This document shows positions 1 through 12,643 of a DNA stretch of 64,000 nucleotides, one piece after another. Every line of letters starts with the position of its first letter. Position 1 is the stretch's first letter. The notes beneath the pieces were generated by a model. The model searched no databases, was not told the DNA's origin, and saw only the letters and a list, made by a program, of their open reading frames with translations. Origin of the DNA: Raillietiella orientalis (taxonomy: Eukaryota); NCBI GenBank assembly GCA_036172245.1, contig JAYWIR010000005.1:1798001-1862000 (forward strand), read 5' to 3'. Both the position numbers and the translations under genes were made by a program.

Positions 1-164
1 GGCGAAATCGGAAATGCCCCACAGGAAACACGGGACGCCGGAGAGGGGAAAAACAGATTCTTTCGGAGCCCGTTGCATCAGACACCCTCACCTCGGCCGT
101 CCTACTCTTGATCCCTTTCGCAGTCGGCATTCGGCAATACCCTTGGGTCCTGTTTTCCTTCCAG

Positions 165-650
165 ATTTTTCTTTTTTTGGTTCTCGAGGAGTGTTGAGAA
201 ACCTCTCGTTTCTTTGGGGAAGTCTTCGTGGAACTCTTCAGGTCGGGCGTCAAGCAAGGAGGGACCACCCTATGAATCCAGAAAGGCTCCAGAAGAAAGA
301 GTCCATTCCTCTCACTCTAGGAAAACCCCGAAGGATATTTTTACCTTATTCTTTCAGGAGGACTCCCTGGTTTGTGGGGGCCACTCCTTATTTCTTCTCT
401 AAAGGAAGTCCAGAAGGATCCGCTCCTAGTTTCCTCCTCTGAAGAGAACCCCAAAGGGGCATTTCCCAATTTCTCCGAAGGGCGCTCGTTGAAGAGAGCA
501 GCATGCTTCTTGCACTCTAGAGAGGCAACCCCCTGAGAGCAGCTCCATGGTACCCGACTCGTTTTTCACCCTAAGGGCTTCTTGATTGCTGAAAGGACCC
601 CGTAGGGTAAACTTCCGATCCCGGTCAGTGACCACGGGGGTCTCTGGAAC
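165..650 (-). mobile_element. tRNA-derived SINE copy (body and A-rich 3' tail; head missing)
   Basis: Reverse complement aligns by eye to the 8.3, 11.1 and 45.3 kb copies (e.g. CGGGGTCCTTTCAGCAATCAAGAAGCCCTT vs CGGAGTCCTTCTAGAAACCAAGGAACCCTT); ends AACACTCCTCGAGAACC followed by an A-rich run. Confidence 0.7.
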
Positions 651-2289
651 GCTTCTGGGACTCCCAGACTTGATTATAATCCTCTCATAGAAAAAAGGAG
701 GCGGGAAGACCCCACAGCATCCGGAAGTGACAGCCAGAGACTATCATCCTCAGACAGATGTCAGCCTCGTCTTGCGAACATGTGGTACCCCCTCCTCTCC
801 TCCTCTCGATGCTGTCAGCCATGTTCCGTGCGAGGACCACAGTGCGGCCCACATCTTCTTGGGTATGTCGAAGAATTCTAGTCGTCGTTGTTCTTCTTCC
901 TCCTCCTTTCCCTCCTCTTATTCTTTTTGTTCTTCTTCCTCCTCCATCTACCCAACCCCCTATGCCATCTGAGCGGCACCCTGTCTCCACAGGCTTCCAT
1001 CCTTCCGGCACCCGGAATAGCAGCAACAGCCACGCATTTCCTAGCAACGCACCTCATCCCGGTGCACGGTGTCCGCTACCGTGCCTCTTTTGCATCGCGT
1101 GAACCAAGAGAAAGAAGGAGGGAGCCAGTTTCTGGGACTCGTAGCGTCAGGTTCGAGGCAGGCGAGGCAGCGATCCTCGTCGATGAAACAAACGGACCGG
1201 GGTGTCACGAGAAAGCGAAGGCTCTGAGAACCTTGCCTAAGAACGCGAACCGGATGCGTCTGAGGTCAAAGCTCTCCCTGCTGCTGCCAATCTCCAGCCC
1301 TCAGCCACTCACATTCTGACTAGCAGAGAGGCTCTAGTTTGAAGGAACGGTTTGTTGCGGGAGGTCTGACGGAGAATTGGGGAGGATAAGGGACGTGGAA
1401 TTCCGTCTGCCCAAGCATCTAGATTCCCCATCCAGCATCCGCCCATCATTTAAACACAAATCTGACATGGACCGGGTGGAAAAACCTGAGGACTGCCACA
1501 GCGATTCTGATAACCACCGCCACATTGGTCAAAAGTTGTCAGCAGAGGTTTTATTTCCAGCCGACCTCTCTTGCGTGAGGTGGAGGAGACCACGATAGAT
1601 TCTTCGATACGCTTCCCTTGTTCTGGAATCGATATGGTCTCTGTTGGGGAGCAGGAAGGAAGTCGGTTTACGAGGAGATGGTGCTTTCCCATTTCCGCTT
1701 TAGTGGATCCGAGCAACAGTAAACTTTCGACTTCACATCGCTACCCATCAAAAACGTTGGTGGCCTGGGAAGTAGGAAGAAAAAAATATCCCAGAATATA
1801 TTCCGGAAATAACCATAAAATGAAGCTCAGTTTGTTGGCAACCCTGTTTGGAATGCATCGCTTCGTAATCCTGTGTAAAGCGCGTCCTTCATTCCCGGAA
1901 TCTGGCATCACGGATGGCGAAGCGCCGAAGTCCTTTGGGACTTCGAGAATCCCTTCGTAGGACATTGAATGAGTCATCCCTGGTTGTTATTAAACCTGCT
2001 GTTTCGCTGGCGCTTGATATCCCGATGCTGGCACTGCTAGTCAGCCCACCAGCCTGCCCTGGTTCAGGAAACTCCTGCTTTTTCGAGCCGAAGAGGTCGA
2101 CAACCCACTAAGGAAGGAATGCAGGTGCCATTGGTGGTGTCCTTGCTGCTTCTCACCGAGGTGGAGGAATTGCTCATCCACTGGGGGACGCACGTACAAG
2201 TGTTTTTCTTCCTGGAAGCTCGAGCCGGTAGTCCTCCACCTCGCTACGATGGGGTCAGAGTGCACATGGGCCCCACTTGCACATTGAGA

Positions 2290-3650
2290 CGAGCGGATTC
2301 CCCAGAGCGTTCATTTGCCAAAGACAAACACTACAAATGTGGTGGGACCATTGGTCCCATCACGTCCTGACTATCAAGACTTGGCGGGAATCCGGTTCGC
2401 AGACCGAGGAGGATGACCTCGACAGCAGAGGGAAAAAGAAACAAAAAATATAAATGACTTTGGGGAATGCGCGGGGAGGGATCGAAACCTGCCGGAGTCC
2501 GCCCTCTGCATCCTTTCGAGAATGCCACCAAGTTCTTCTTGCATGGTCATCAAGTAGGACCATCACATTGCCCTCAGCAAGGAAACGTAGGGTGAAAAGG
2601 GTGGCGTTCCAAGAGCAGCCGCCTCCTTTGGCATCTCTCCAGGTCACCATGATCCCGCCCAGGCTTTGAAGAGCTTTTGGGATGCATCTGGAGGCAGTGT
2701 GTCGAGCACAAAAAGGGGGTGTCGCCCGTCCATGGGGTTGCCGCGTGGGGTCAGGAGGGTCATCGCCACGAAATGTTAGCGCAACGGTCGGCGGGCAACG
2801 CAGCCGATCAGCAGGTGCAGGAGAGATTCGCCTTCCCCGCGCCTGCTACAGTTCAAGCCCACCCCTCCCCTACTCCCGGGGTCCAGTGACATGCAAGATC
2901 CCAGTGCCACAACAACATAAGTTCCGAGTTCTGTCTCATGAGAGAGAACGAGGGCGCGGTTGTTCAGGAGCACTAGGGCCCGCTCGAGGTCTTTACGTGG
3001 ATTTCCTAGAAGCTTACCCCGACTCGGTGGAGCATTCGGGGTTTGTCAGCCGGTCCTTGGTCCAACCGCCAAAGTCTTTCCACCTGGTCTCGTAAGAGAC
3101 CTCCCATTTTGTCGGTGGGACATCGCTGCCAATGTCCTCTCTCGCGGGAGAACTGCCCCGCGGTCAGGGAGTTTCCTTCCGCCCACGCATCGATGGGACG
3201 CGTGACAATCCCTCTAGAGCGAGCCGTTACTGCACGAGGGACGCAGCAACCTCTGCCGTGACCTCGGAGCTCGGCTCGCTGGTCTTCGCCCACCATGCGA
3301 ACGGCTTCCCGCAGTCAGGCACCACCGTTTGCCGGGCGGCAGGAGGTCCAGTTGTTTTCCCTGGACCAGTGTCGTTTCCATGATGGAGGTGCACTTGATG
3401 CGACCATGCGCGCCTCCTCCTCAATTTGGGTGAGGGGCGCTTCTTACAGGATGGTCCACTTTAGAGGAAAGCAACCTCGAGCAGCCTCCTGCTTGAAGCG
3501 CGTCCTCTTCACTGCCGGATGACGTGCAGCACCGCTCGCAATCGGCAGGTGTGGAATCCACGGGCGCAAGGCCCACCCTGACCATGCGGATGAAAACCTC
3601 CCCAGAATACCTCATGCCGCCACCCCACTGAACCGAGGGTCTCACGGGCA
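2290..3650 (-). mobile_element. Decayed L1/Tx1-like LINE, family A, 3' part of ORF2 plus 3' UTR
   Basis: Minus-strand CSRRGEGESLLHLLIGC zf-RVT-like knuckle (ORF 2776-2973); family-A stem-loop at 2508-2525; T-rich UTR; degenerate terminal AATGAACG motif near 2290-2315; 5' boundary approximate. Confidence 0.65.
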
Positions 3651-3689
3651 AGAACGGTAATGAGTGGCTCTTGCAAAGAAACCCAAATC

Positions 3690-3955
3690 CAGGAAGGGCT
3701 CTCTCACTATTGGGAGGAAATCCCGAAGGGAAGCCCCGCCCTGGCTGCCTCCAAAGGGAGCCCCTAAGAGAACCACTTCCTTATTCTCTCTGCAAGGGTC
3801 CTTAGGAGGAAAGAGGAGGAAATCTCGAAGAGAGCAGCGTGCTTCTTACACTGGAAAGGTGAATCCCCTTGAGGGCATCGACCAGCTCTATGGTAACGGC
3901 TCCATCCCCACAACTGAAGGGGCATCCCGAAGAAAATCGACCCTTCAGGCTGAGC
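3690..3955 (-). mobile_element. tRNA-derived SINE, internal body fragment
   Basis: GAAGAGAGCAGCGTGCTTCTTACACT...ACCAGCTCTATGGTA matches the same block in the 165-650 copy. Confidence 0.6.
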
Positions 3956-4499
3956 GGCCTTCTTTGCGCACACCTAGATCAGCATCCCTGGTTTGGCGTA
4001 TCGGTCCACGATACCTGAGCCGTGGGGACCTCAGGGTCACTTCAGGAGACCTCCGTTTGCCTCTCTTCTTCCGCGAGAATCTCGGCTCTCTGGAAAACTC
4101 GCTCTGTTGCTGCACGAGTCGGGAGATTTCAGTCCGCTCGCCTCCCGCTGGATGCTGCACTCCCAGCACCAGAGGTCTTTCGGATCGATGAGACGGAAAG
4201 ACGCCGAAGAGTAGAAAGTGCCTACACGCAGCTCGTTCTGCCGCATCTAAACTGTTGGTTCCTTACCAGGGGGACCGCTTCCCGGAAATTTCAGGGCATT
4301 CCCTTTCGATTATCTCCTTCCCCCGCTTGTTTGCTGTGCGACTTCCAGCGAGCGCCCCAAGGATCAGGACATTCAGAGCGTATCCAAGCCCACTGAGGAG
4401 CGCGAACGAGCGTCTGGAACATCGCGATCTCGGAGCCGAGGAGGGAGAGGGAGAAGGGGATGGTCCGAAATCCCGTAGATGGAAAGCACCCAAGGATAG

Positions 4500-4550
4500 C
4501 ACACACACACATACACACACACACACACAAACACACAATCAAACACATAC
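4500..4550. repeat. Imperfect (CA)n microsatellite
   Basis: acacacacacatacacacacacacacacaaacacac visible directly. Confidence 0.9.
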
Positions 4551-4791
4551 ATGCCTATTCCACGTAGGTCCATATTCGCGCTCACTTTAATACGCATGAT
4601 TATTACCAAAGATTATTAACCTTCCTAGTAGTAACAGTCATATTCTTGGGGGTATTCACCGAATAAGATTTATTAACACACAATTCATTAATATAATCAA
4701 TAAATTGTTGATTAATCTGTTGATATTTATCATGAAGATTACAATAAATAAATACACATGCTTATATGTCGATATGTATACTTACTTAAAG

Positions 4792-4812
4792 ATTAATCTG
4801 ATAAGAACCGAT
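4792..4812 (-). ncRNA. U2: U2 snRNA continuation fragment (nt ~39-59)
   Basis: Reverse complement ATCGGTTCTTATCAGATTAAT vs U2 ATCTGTTCTTATCAGTTTAAT (19/21), collinear with the 5' fragment. Confidence 0.8.
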
Positions 4813-4875
4813 TTTTATTAATACAAAGGTTACAACACTGTGTTTTATATGAATGGCTGTGCCTCTGCCTTTGAT
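4813..4875 (-). mobile_element. 63-bp insert in U2, probable extreme 3' end of a U2-targeting non-LTR element (Utopia/Keno type)
   Basis: Sits between U2 GTGTAG and (T)ATCTGTTCTT and ends in TAATAAAA immediately before U2 resumes. Confidence 0.7.
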
Positions 4876-4912
4876 CTACACTTTGATCTTAGCCAAAAGG
4901 CCGAGAAGCAAT
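4876..4912 (-). ncRNA. U2: U2 snRNA 5' fragment (nt ~1-37), non-functional
   Basis: Reverse complement ATTGCTTCTCGGCCTTTTGGCTAAGATCAAAGTGTAG matches the U2 5' end ATCGCTTCTCGGCCTTTTGGCTAAGATCAA(A)GTGTAG with one mismatch. Confidence 0.92.
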
Positions 4913-7449
4913 TAATGTATGCATTAGTGTATATTATGAAAATTACAATAAATAAACGTGTGCTTATACTACACAGATTAAGATACAAATTCACCTGAAC
5001 ACACATAGTTGTTCCTATTTATTAACGTACACATCATTAACAGTAATATTATTAGAGATACATGTTCATTAAGATTCATGTACATACATGATATTAAGAA
5101 ACCGTTGATGATATTGTTGGTATATACATTGAAGATAATAAAACATAAACATATGTGCTCATCATACATATATATTTTAAAAAGCAATGCATAAATTAAT
5201 ATCTATCATTACGATTACAAAAATTTAATGTATATTCGTATATATATTTATGTAAAGATTAATATACTGGTTAATGTATATTACATAGAGCATGATGATT
5301 AGTTATGTATATTTAATTAATCTTAACGTACACATTGTTAACAGTAATATTGCTAGAGATATACGTTTATTAATGTTAATTGTCATACATTTTATTAATG
5401 TACTTAATAAGTGCTGATTATATTGTACGTATTAAAGATGATAAAAAAACAAACACATATGCTTATTATGTACATTGATATGTATATAATAAGTATGTAT
5501 AGATGAGTGATTGAATTAATGTATACCCTGAGGGCCCTATGAAATACATATGCATGCTTATTACATGTATTTATATATATATTCATACACACGCACATAC
5601 ATATACACACGTATTTATATCTATTTTCACATTATCTTGAAATACCGATGTATGTAATAAGCATATACATCTAATTTAAATAATCTTCGTGCCAATCTTT
5701 CGTGTTCACGATGTAATCAACAACCTATTGATTATATTAATAAAATGCATGCCAATCACTGTTAATAAGGATATCTGTTGAGTCGTGCTACTGTTTCGAA
5801 TACGTGTGTTAATGAATAATGCGTGTGCTATTAAATGAATAAATAAATACGCATCTCGAAGTAAATTTGTGGACGAATCTGTGTAGCGCGTATGTGCTTG
5901 TGTTTCGGTGACCTTCCGGGCGTCCCGGATTTTCGCCCGGCTCCGGCGGATGCGGCGACGTTTCCTGGGACGCCAGCAACCGGGATCACCGGAAGGAACT
6001 CGCCGCGCATCCCGAACGCGGCTTCTTGCGAGGAAGAAGGGGGAGGAGGAAGGGAGGAAGGTTTTTCCTCCTTTTTTCCCATTCTGCTTTCCTGCTTTGG
6101 AGCTCACGGGATCGCCTCAAGGCCGTCGCATGGTTCTGGAGCTCTCCGGCAAAGGAAGGCTCTGGACGGGAGTTGCATAGGAGGGGCCACAGGCGCCCTT
6201 GCCCTTTTCCGCGCTCACAGTTTGCACGCATCAGGATGGTGGATGGCGGTGGTCACCGTCTGGGATGAACCTGCACGACTGATCTACATCCTCGCAGCAT
6301 CGGCACGCCGCCGCTGCCTGTCGTCCTATCTCAATGTCTTGCAGACTGACCATGAGTGCAGATGTGATGCTGATCTCCAGCACACCCCCGTGAATCCTCG
6401 TTACGGAACTTCGGATCCAGTGGGTCTCCTTGGCAAAGGATTCCTTCGGGCAACGTGCCGAGTCTTGGGTGGGAGCGGCAAGCAGAAGGGACACCTGAGA
6501 AAGGAGGTTGCTGATCTCTAGAGGCGATCCCGCTGCGATTGTGAGATGGGACGCATCGTTTCTTCAATGGGGAGAGCTTGCTCCCTGAGACGTCCCTCGT
6601 CTAGCATGAATCCCTGAACACGAGGGGGTCACCCTTCCCTCCGGAGGCAGTAGGGAGGCGAGCCGGCTTTCCACGCAAACGCGGAGCGCACCGGGCGACG
6701 CTGCCTGAGACCGACCCCAGCGGAGAGAGGGAGGAGGCGGAACGGTGAACCGATGCTCCTGGAGGAAAAAGGCAGCTCGGCCCCCGAAGGTAAGGGAGTG
6801 ACGACCTTGCCCTCCACGTCCGAGCTGACGTCGGGATGCGCAGGAGATTCTTCCCCATTTGTCAGAGCTGCACTCGGTCCTACTCCGAGGTGCTACAGCA
6901 GTTCCCTTTTGCCCGGAGGGGCGCCAGACGGACATCTGAAGAAGATGGCCCGTTCAGCGGGTTTTCCCGTTTGCATCGGCGCAGCACTGAAGTCGCAGTC
7001 CCCAGTCGCCCCGAGACGAGAGACGCACGTCCCCATCTTTCTCCCTCAAAGAATGGAAGATTAATTAAGGGAAGGCAGATGATGGATCTCGGGCCGTGCG
7101 GCTGCAGAATGCGAAGCAACCCAGGAGGTCGGGATTTCATATTCCTCTTGACTTTGAAGGATATCTCAAAGGTCCGAGGAGACTTCGCGGCAGCAAGAGA
7201 ACCTCCCAAGCGTGCGAGAGTTTCCTTACCAGCCAGAATTCGGATTTCGTCTACGGAGATGAAGACGAAGATGCGTAGCGGAGATGTCTGGAAGATAAAA
7301 AGAGTGTGAGAGTGGAGGGGAGGGATGGGGAGAACTTAACGAAGCTGAAGGCTCCCCCAGGAACCCCAAGCAAGACGGGCGGCAGATGAAGAGTACCTTG
7401 CAGCAGGCGCGATACGCGGACGGAAGAAAGCTCTTCCTTTCGTGTGTCT

Positions 7450-8280
7450 TTTCAAAACCACGTGAGGTTCCCGTGGCAGGAAAGTCGGGCAGCGTGCCCG
7501 ATTGCACTTTCAGCACACCCAAACGGCAAAACCGTCCCGCGATTTTTTCCTTCTCCCCGAAGGCAACCCAACGTCGACAAAGATCTCGAAGCTTCGAGAT
7601 GAGAAATAAACACAAGATGGGAATTAAGTCGCCTGCAAGCGAGGGCGTTGCCACCACCCTGGCGGGCTACATGCCCAGTTCGCTCCACAAAGACAGGGTG
7701 AGTGAATAAATAGATGAATGGAGCGATGATTGAAAGAAAGAATGAGCAGGTGAGTAAATGGTTCTTTTCTACGCAAGGCAAAAAGGACGTGAGACATGGC
7801 CTATGCGGCCACCTGCACATGATGTTCGCAATGCCTCCTTGCGCTTGGTGCAACAGATGGCGCAAATGACCGTGCCACATTGTCCTCAGGAGGGTTTTTG
7901 ACCACAAAGATGGCTGCTGCACAGTACGTGTCTGACGCATCTTGGCACTGAAAATGCATGCTGAAGCCTCAGTCACTGCGGTCGGCAAGAAGACCATCCG
8001 CCGCGGAGAAACGTCTCAGCAGGTATCCCGGAGCGTCCTTCCAGTGGCGGAGCGTCGACTCCAGTCCATCCCGAGCCGGTACGATGCGCACGCCGGTCCA
8101 CTAGCAAGAATGGAAAGATGATTTTCTTCCCCATCCTTTTCAGTTCGAGGAGACTTTCATCCAGGAAGCTGGCTGCAGAAGGCACCCAATCAGCGCTCTG
8201 GGGGAGGAAGAGAAAGAGTCTGCAACAGGCACTTCCAGAAATCCCGCGCGAGCAGGCAGCCGACACGGACACCAGAGGTC
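7450..8280 (-). pseudogene. Highly decayed LINE ORF2 remnant (late RT and post-RT region)
   Basis: Weak motifs ASFLDESLLELKRMGKK, RSGIP (YLGIP-like) and LLHQAQGGIANI (GGLG-like) in the expected order. Confidence 0.35.
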
Positions 8281-8284
8281 ACGG

Positions 8285-8990
8285 CATCCACCGGCTGCTC
8301 CATTCGGCGCGTAGCACTGAGCTTTGCGGGTTCGAATCCCCACGTGGAGGACTGAGGCCAAGAAATGGGTGAGTCTTGGTTTCGAGTCCTCCCCCTCCCC
8401 CCCCTCTCAGGGTGGCGCTGGTTGGCCTGCAGCCTTCGGGGGCAGCGGCACTGGTGCAAGCCGGATGACTGACCTGGATTGGAAGTTGACCCTCCGGAGT
8501 CCTTCTAGAAACCAAGGAACCCTTCGGGATTCCCCTTTGGTGGCCGATCTCCCCCTCAGAGGGATTGCCTCTCCAGAGTGCAAGAAACACACTGCTCCCT
8601 TCGCGGGGCGCCCTTCAGAGAAATTTGAAAGCGTCCCTTAGGGGTCCTCTTCAGATAAGAAAACCAGGAGCGGATTCTTTACGGGTTCCCTTCGGAGAGG
8701 AAATAATCGACTGGCTCACTCCAGGGGGTCCCTCTGGAGAGAATAAGGAAGAAGAGGTTCCCTTCAGGGTTCCCTCCGTAGACAACCAGGGTGAGGGCTC
8801 CCTTCGTGGTCCTTTACCAAGCTCGAGAGGAGGGGACTCCCTCCTCCGGAGTCTTTCTGGATTTGTGGAGTGTCCCCTCGTCTGAAGAGTCACACTCATC
8901 CCCGCGTGACCCCGGGTGGCGTGGACGGTGCCAAAGAGCTTTTTTGAGTTTTGTCGGAAGGAGGCGAGTGCTCCTTTAGCAATTGACGAC
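8285..8990 (+). mobile_element. tRNA-derived SINE copy
   Basis: B-box GGTTCGAATCC 8329-8339, second B-box-like GGTTTCGAGTCC near 8378, conserved body; A-box degenerate. Confidence 0.75.
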
Positions 8991-11063
8991 CACCCTTAGA
9001 GAGGAAGGTACTGCGGCTCGAGGTGTGGAAGCTACCACCGTTTTTTGGGGGAGTGGTTCGCTTGGTGGTTCTTCACCACCAAGCGAACCAACCCCAAAAG
9101 AAGGCAGACCGAAAAAGGAAGCCAAAAAAAAAAAAAACCTCTGTTCCACTGTAAAACTCCAGAGGATCTCCACCATCCTCTTGGCTTCTCATTCCCTGGA
9201 GCAGGTGGCGGAGATTCGGAACTATTGCAAGAATTCGTGCGCGGCTACTCGTACGCCGTGCAGTCTTCGAATGCATCGTACAAGCTGTGCGTACGGTTCC
9301 CTTGCTTGGCCTATCGGGAAGCTGACCCTGGCTGCCTCTTCCAAAAAAAGTAGGAAGAGAACGTGACCCCCTAGCCATCCGCCCGCAGCACGTGCTGTTG
9401 CGACCTCCCGAATTCATCAAGGACCACTGCTGCACGAAAAAAAGGCGATCGGCGGCTGGTCTGAGGCGATGGGCGCTTGGAAGACTCCAGAGCAAAACTG
9501 CTTCCCTCTTCCAAGCCTGCTCCGCCGGAAGCATCCCGGGGACCCTCGAGCCCCTGCTCCTTGCCGCCTACTGCGCCGTTTCGTGCCACGGTTGATGGAA
9601 CGGACACGCGGAAGGGGAGCGAACGGGACGAAAGGGCGCGTCCGTCCTGCTCGCAGTGGGGGCCTAGCTCCAGCAGTTGCAGACGCGGACGACAGCCCTG
9701 CCCGCGCGAGCTTGGCGCCTGCTCGTCCTCCTAGGAGGGGACTCCGAGGATCGACCCCGCCTCCCCCGCTAAGGGACGATGGCCACGGAACTCCACGGTC
9801 AGCTGGCGAGCGAGGGATCAAGATGGCTTCCCGCGAGCGGTGGGCGCGACAACTCTGACCTGACCCACGGTGGACCCGGCCGGCACGGAAGGGGACTCTG
9901 AAAAATTTACTTTAAGCTGAATGGCAAAGGTTAAACTGTTAGAACGCTAGAGGAAACTCTGACGTCTTGCTTGAATATCATCCGCGTGTGATCCGTGGGG
10001 CTCGTATAACGCGTATTCGTACTACGCGGAACGCATCCCCCGCGTAACAACAGGGCCTCCTCCACATAGTTGGTGTGTAAATGAAATGGAGAAATGTGAG
10101 ATGCAATGCAATCCCTCAAGGGATGAGGAAGGATCACGGTGAAGTCGGTCCCGATTGCTTCTCTCCACAAAAAGAATTCTCCCCGCCCTGCTTCCTGGAG
10201 CATCCAGACTTGAGGTCTCGGCTTCTCCTCCACTTCGTCGTCTTCCCTCAGTTCACGGATGGGGGGGGGAGACTTTTTTTCCGAGGCATCGGAGCTGGTC
10301 ACCAAACGGGGAGTTCCGTAGGATCCCCCCGCAAAGATAAGAGATCTCCAGGTTCTGGACCGAAATTTTCGAGATGCCTCGGCGCGATTCCCGGAACGCC
10401 CGAGGGTCTCCGAAATTCTCCCCTTGCTCGGAAAGCGTGCGTCCTCCGCTGGTCGGAGTTGGTCGTCATTGACAGCGCGACCTCTTCTTGAACGCGAGTA
10501 CGGGAGGAAGGGCGGTAGATTGCCGCAGCGCCAAGCGGGCGGCCGGGATGAGACGCCGGGAGCGGCAGCTGGCAGGGAATGCGGCTGATAAATTGAAGGG
10601 ATCAGGAGGAGGCAGTCCGCTCCTCCCGGAACGACTCCGGGAGCGAGGTGATTTTTCAGCGCCCTGCCGTGGAAGCGGGATGGGGTCGAGGCTGGTTCCC
10701 ATCCCGGTTGGGTCCCGGTAAACCTCCTCGTTCCGCTTCCAGCCCCTAAAGTGGCGACGGCGATGACGGGACCCGCGACCATGGAAACGAACCTCCTCTG
10801 ACGGGAGGCGAACTCCCACCCGATTGCGAGTTTGCGGGCGCCTGGTGCCTCGCCCTCGACGGGCCGTGGGTCCTGGAAACTGCGACAGCTGCCTGGGACA
10901 AAAGAGACTCCTCAGCTGCAGGAAGTATTCCAGTCTTCAGTCAAGAAGCCAAGCAGCTTGGTATTTGGAACCGGTGCCAGCGAGACCAGAAGATCCGAAA
11001 GGGAGTGACAAGGGAGCGGCACACAGCCCCCAAAGAGGCGGTCAGAGGGCCCCATTTTCCGTG

Positions 11064-11775
11064 TGACCCTTGGCCGTGTGGCTGCGGCCTCCTCACGCGA
11101 CACCGAGCGCTGCGAGTTCGAATCTCCATCCGGAGAAGGATCGGCTCTAGAGAAATGAGGGGTACTTCGTGGGTTCCGAGTTCCCCCCTCTCCCGCAGGG
11201 TAGAGCCAGTTGACCTGCAGGCTTGGGGAGAGGAGGCACTGATGGAGAGGCTGGATGACCCCATTCACTGGCCGGGATTTGAACTTTGGCCCTTCAGGGT
11301 CCTTCCAGGAATCGAGGAGCAGGTGCCCTTCGGGATGCCCCTCTGGTTGTGAAAAAGAGGCCGTGCCAAGGAGCTGGTTGACCCCCCCGCGAAGGGTCGC
11401 CTCTCCAGAGTGTCCAGAAGCGCGTTGCCCCATTCGGGGTCTCTTCGATAAGGAAACCAAGAGCGGATCCTTTCCGGGTTCTGTTCCGAGAAGAAATAAG
11501 GAATGGTCCCTTATGGGAGGTCCCTCTGGAGAGAATGAGGAAAAGGTGGTTCCCTTCGGGGTTCGCTCCCAGTTGTGAGAGGAACGCATGCCCCTTTCTG
11601 GAGGCTTGCTGGATTCATGGGGGTGACCCCCTCCCGGGGTGGCTCCCTAGCTTGAAGAGCTGCACGAGCCCTCGGGTGGGAGTGGGCAGTGTCAAGGAGT
11701 TTTGTGAGCCCCCCTGTCCTGAAAGGCGGACGATTCTTCAGCACCCCTTTGGATCCCTCCCCTCCAAAAAAAAAA
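11064..11775 (+). mobile_element. tRNA-derived SINE, apparently full length
   Basis: A-box TGGCCGTGTGG 11071-11081, B-box AGTTCGAATCT 11115-11125 (44-nt spacing as in tRNA), conserved body, TTCTTCAGCACCCCTTTGG then A10 tail. Confidence 0.8.
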
Positions 11776-12643
11776 TTTCCTTACGATGACCTCAAAGCGC
11801 GCTTCAGCCTGGAACGGACCCTTGGAAGGTCATCATCCTGAGCAGAGAGCGGGCAACGAAAGAGGAAGTCGCTGCGCCGCATCATCCCGGAGCGGCACCC
11901 ACAGAGGGAGCTCCTGGAGACCGGGCCGCGCTGGAGCGCACCTTGGCTGATGGCCCGGGTTGACTGACTCCGCACGTCACGCTTCAGAAGTTGCCCTTCG
12001 GTCCCCTCGCAACTAGCTGTCGACAGGTCCCCGAGCTTTGGCTCGGGTTGCCCGAGGAATGCAGGGCGGCGCAGGACGCTTCCCCACGAGGAAGGGCGGT
12101 CAGGGCGACGGAGAGGGAGGAGATCGGGGGGGAAAAAATGTACGCAAATTCCGGAGGCGTTGCCGAGCAGCCGACCCGAACGCTTGAGATGGGTTGCGGG
12201 GGTGAGGGGAGACTGTTGAGGGCTCCGAGGGTTTGCCGATCCGGCGCGCAGGCCTTCGCGGCTCCCGCCAGGAGGTGCTCTCTCGGGCGTCTTCAGTGGG
12301 AGCGCGCGGGGCCCGATCCGAACTCGGCAGCGCATCCCGCCCCATAAGACCAAGCTGCAGAGTGGGCTGCCTGCTCGTGAAGCCACAAAAGGAAGACGGG
12401 CGTCGCCTATGGGCAGTCTCTTGGCGAGCAGGCGGGCAGTGGCAGGTCCCGGTACCTGACGCCGCTCCGCGGAATTTCTCTGCCCGGCTGCGGGTGGGTG
12501 GGAGAGCGCTCCTCGAGCTCTAGCACCCCTGACCTTCGCCCCTTTCTCAGCTTCGTGGTCTGCCCCGCGGCTTCTCTACTCCTTGGCAGGAATGGCCGGG
12601 TCCATCGGCAGCGGGAGTTGCTGAGGTCGCTTTCGGAGACCCC

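Larger units (their letters stand above)
4590..5880. repeat. AT-rich degenerate satellite / tandemly duplicated region
   Basis: Sharp drop in GC relative to flanks; TTAACGTACACAT..TTAACAGTAATATT..TAGAGATA occurs near 5021 and 5323 (~300 bp apart); an AAGAT.A.AA...AAA.AC.TGCTTAT-like motif recurs near 4735, 4940, 5132 and 5435. Confidence 0.7.

Noticed and set aside
4480..4494. 15-bp match TGGAAAGCACCCAAG shared with ~32402
   Set aside because: Flanks do not extend the match; compatible with chance in 64 kb
4792..4912. Functional U2 snRNA gene
   Set aside because: Interrupted at the branch-point pairing region and truncated at ~nt 59; no Sm site or 3' stem-loops
9931..10782. 283-aa ORF, and similar long GC-rich ORFs at 14578-15353, 15880-16719, 21038-21820 and 45111-45896
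   Set aside because: No recognisable domains; Arg/Pro/Ser-rich composition typical of chance ORFs in GC-rich or repeat DNA
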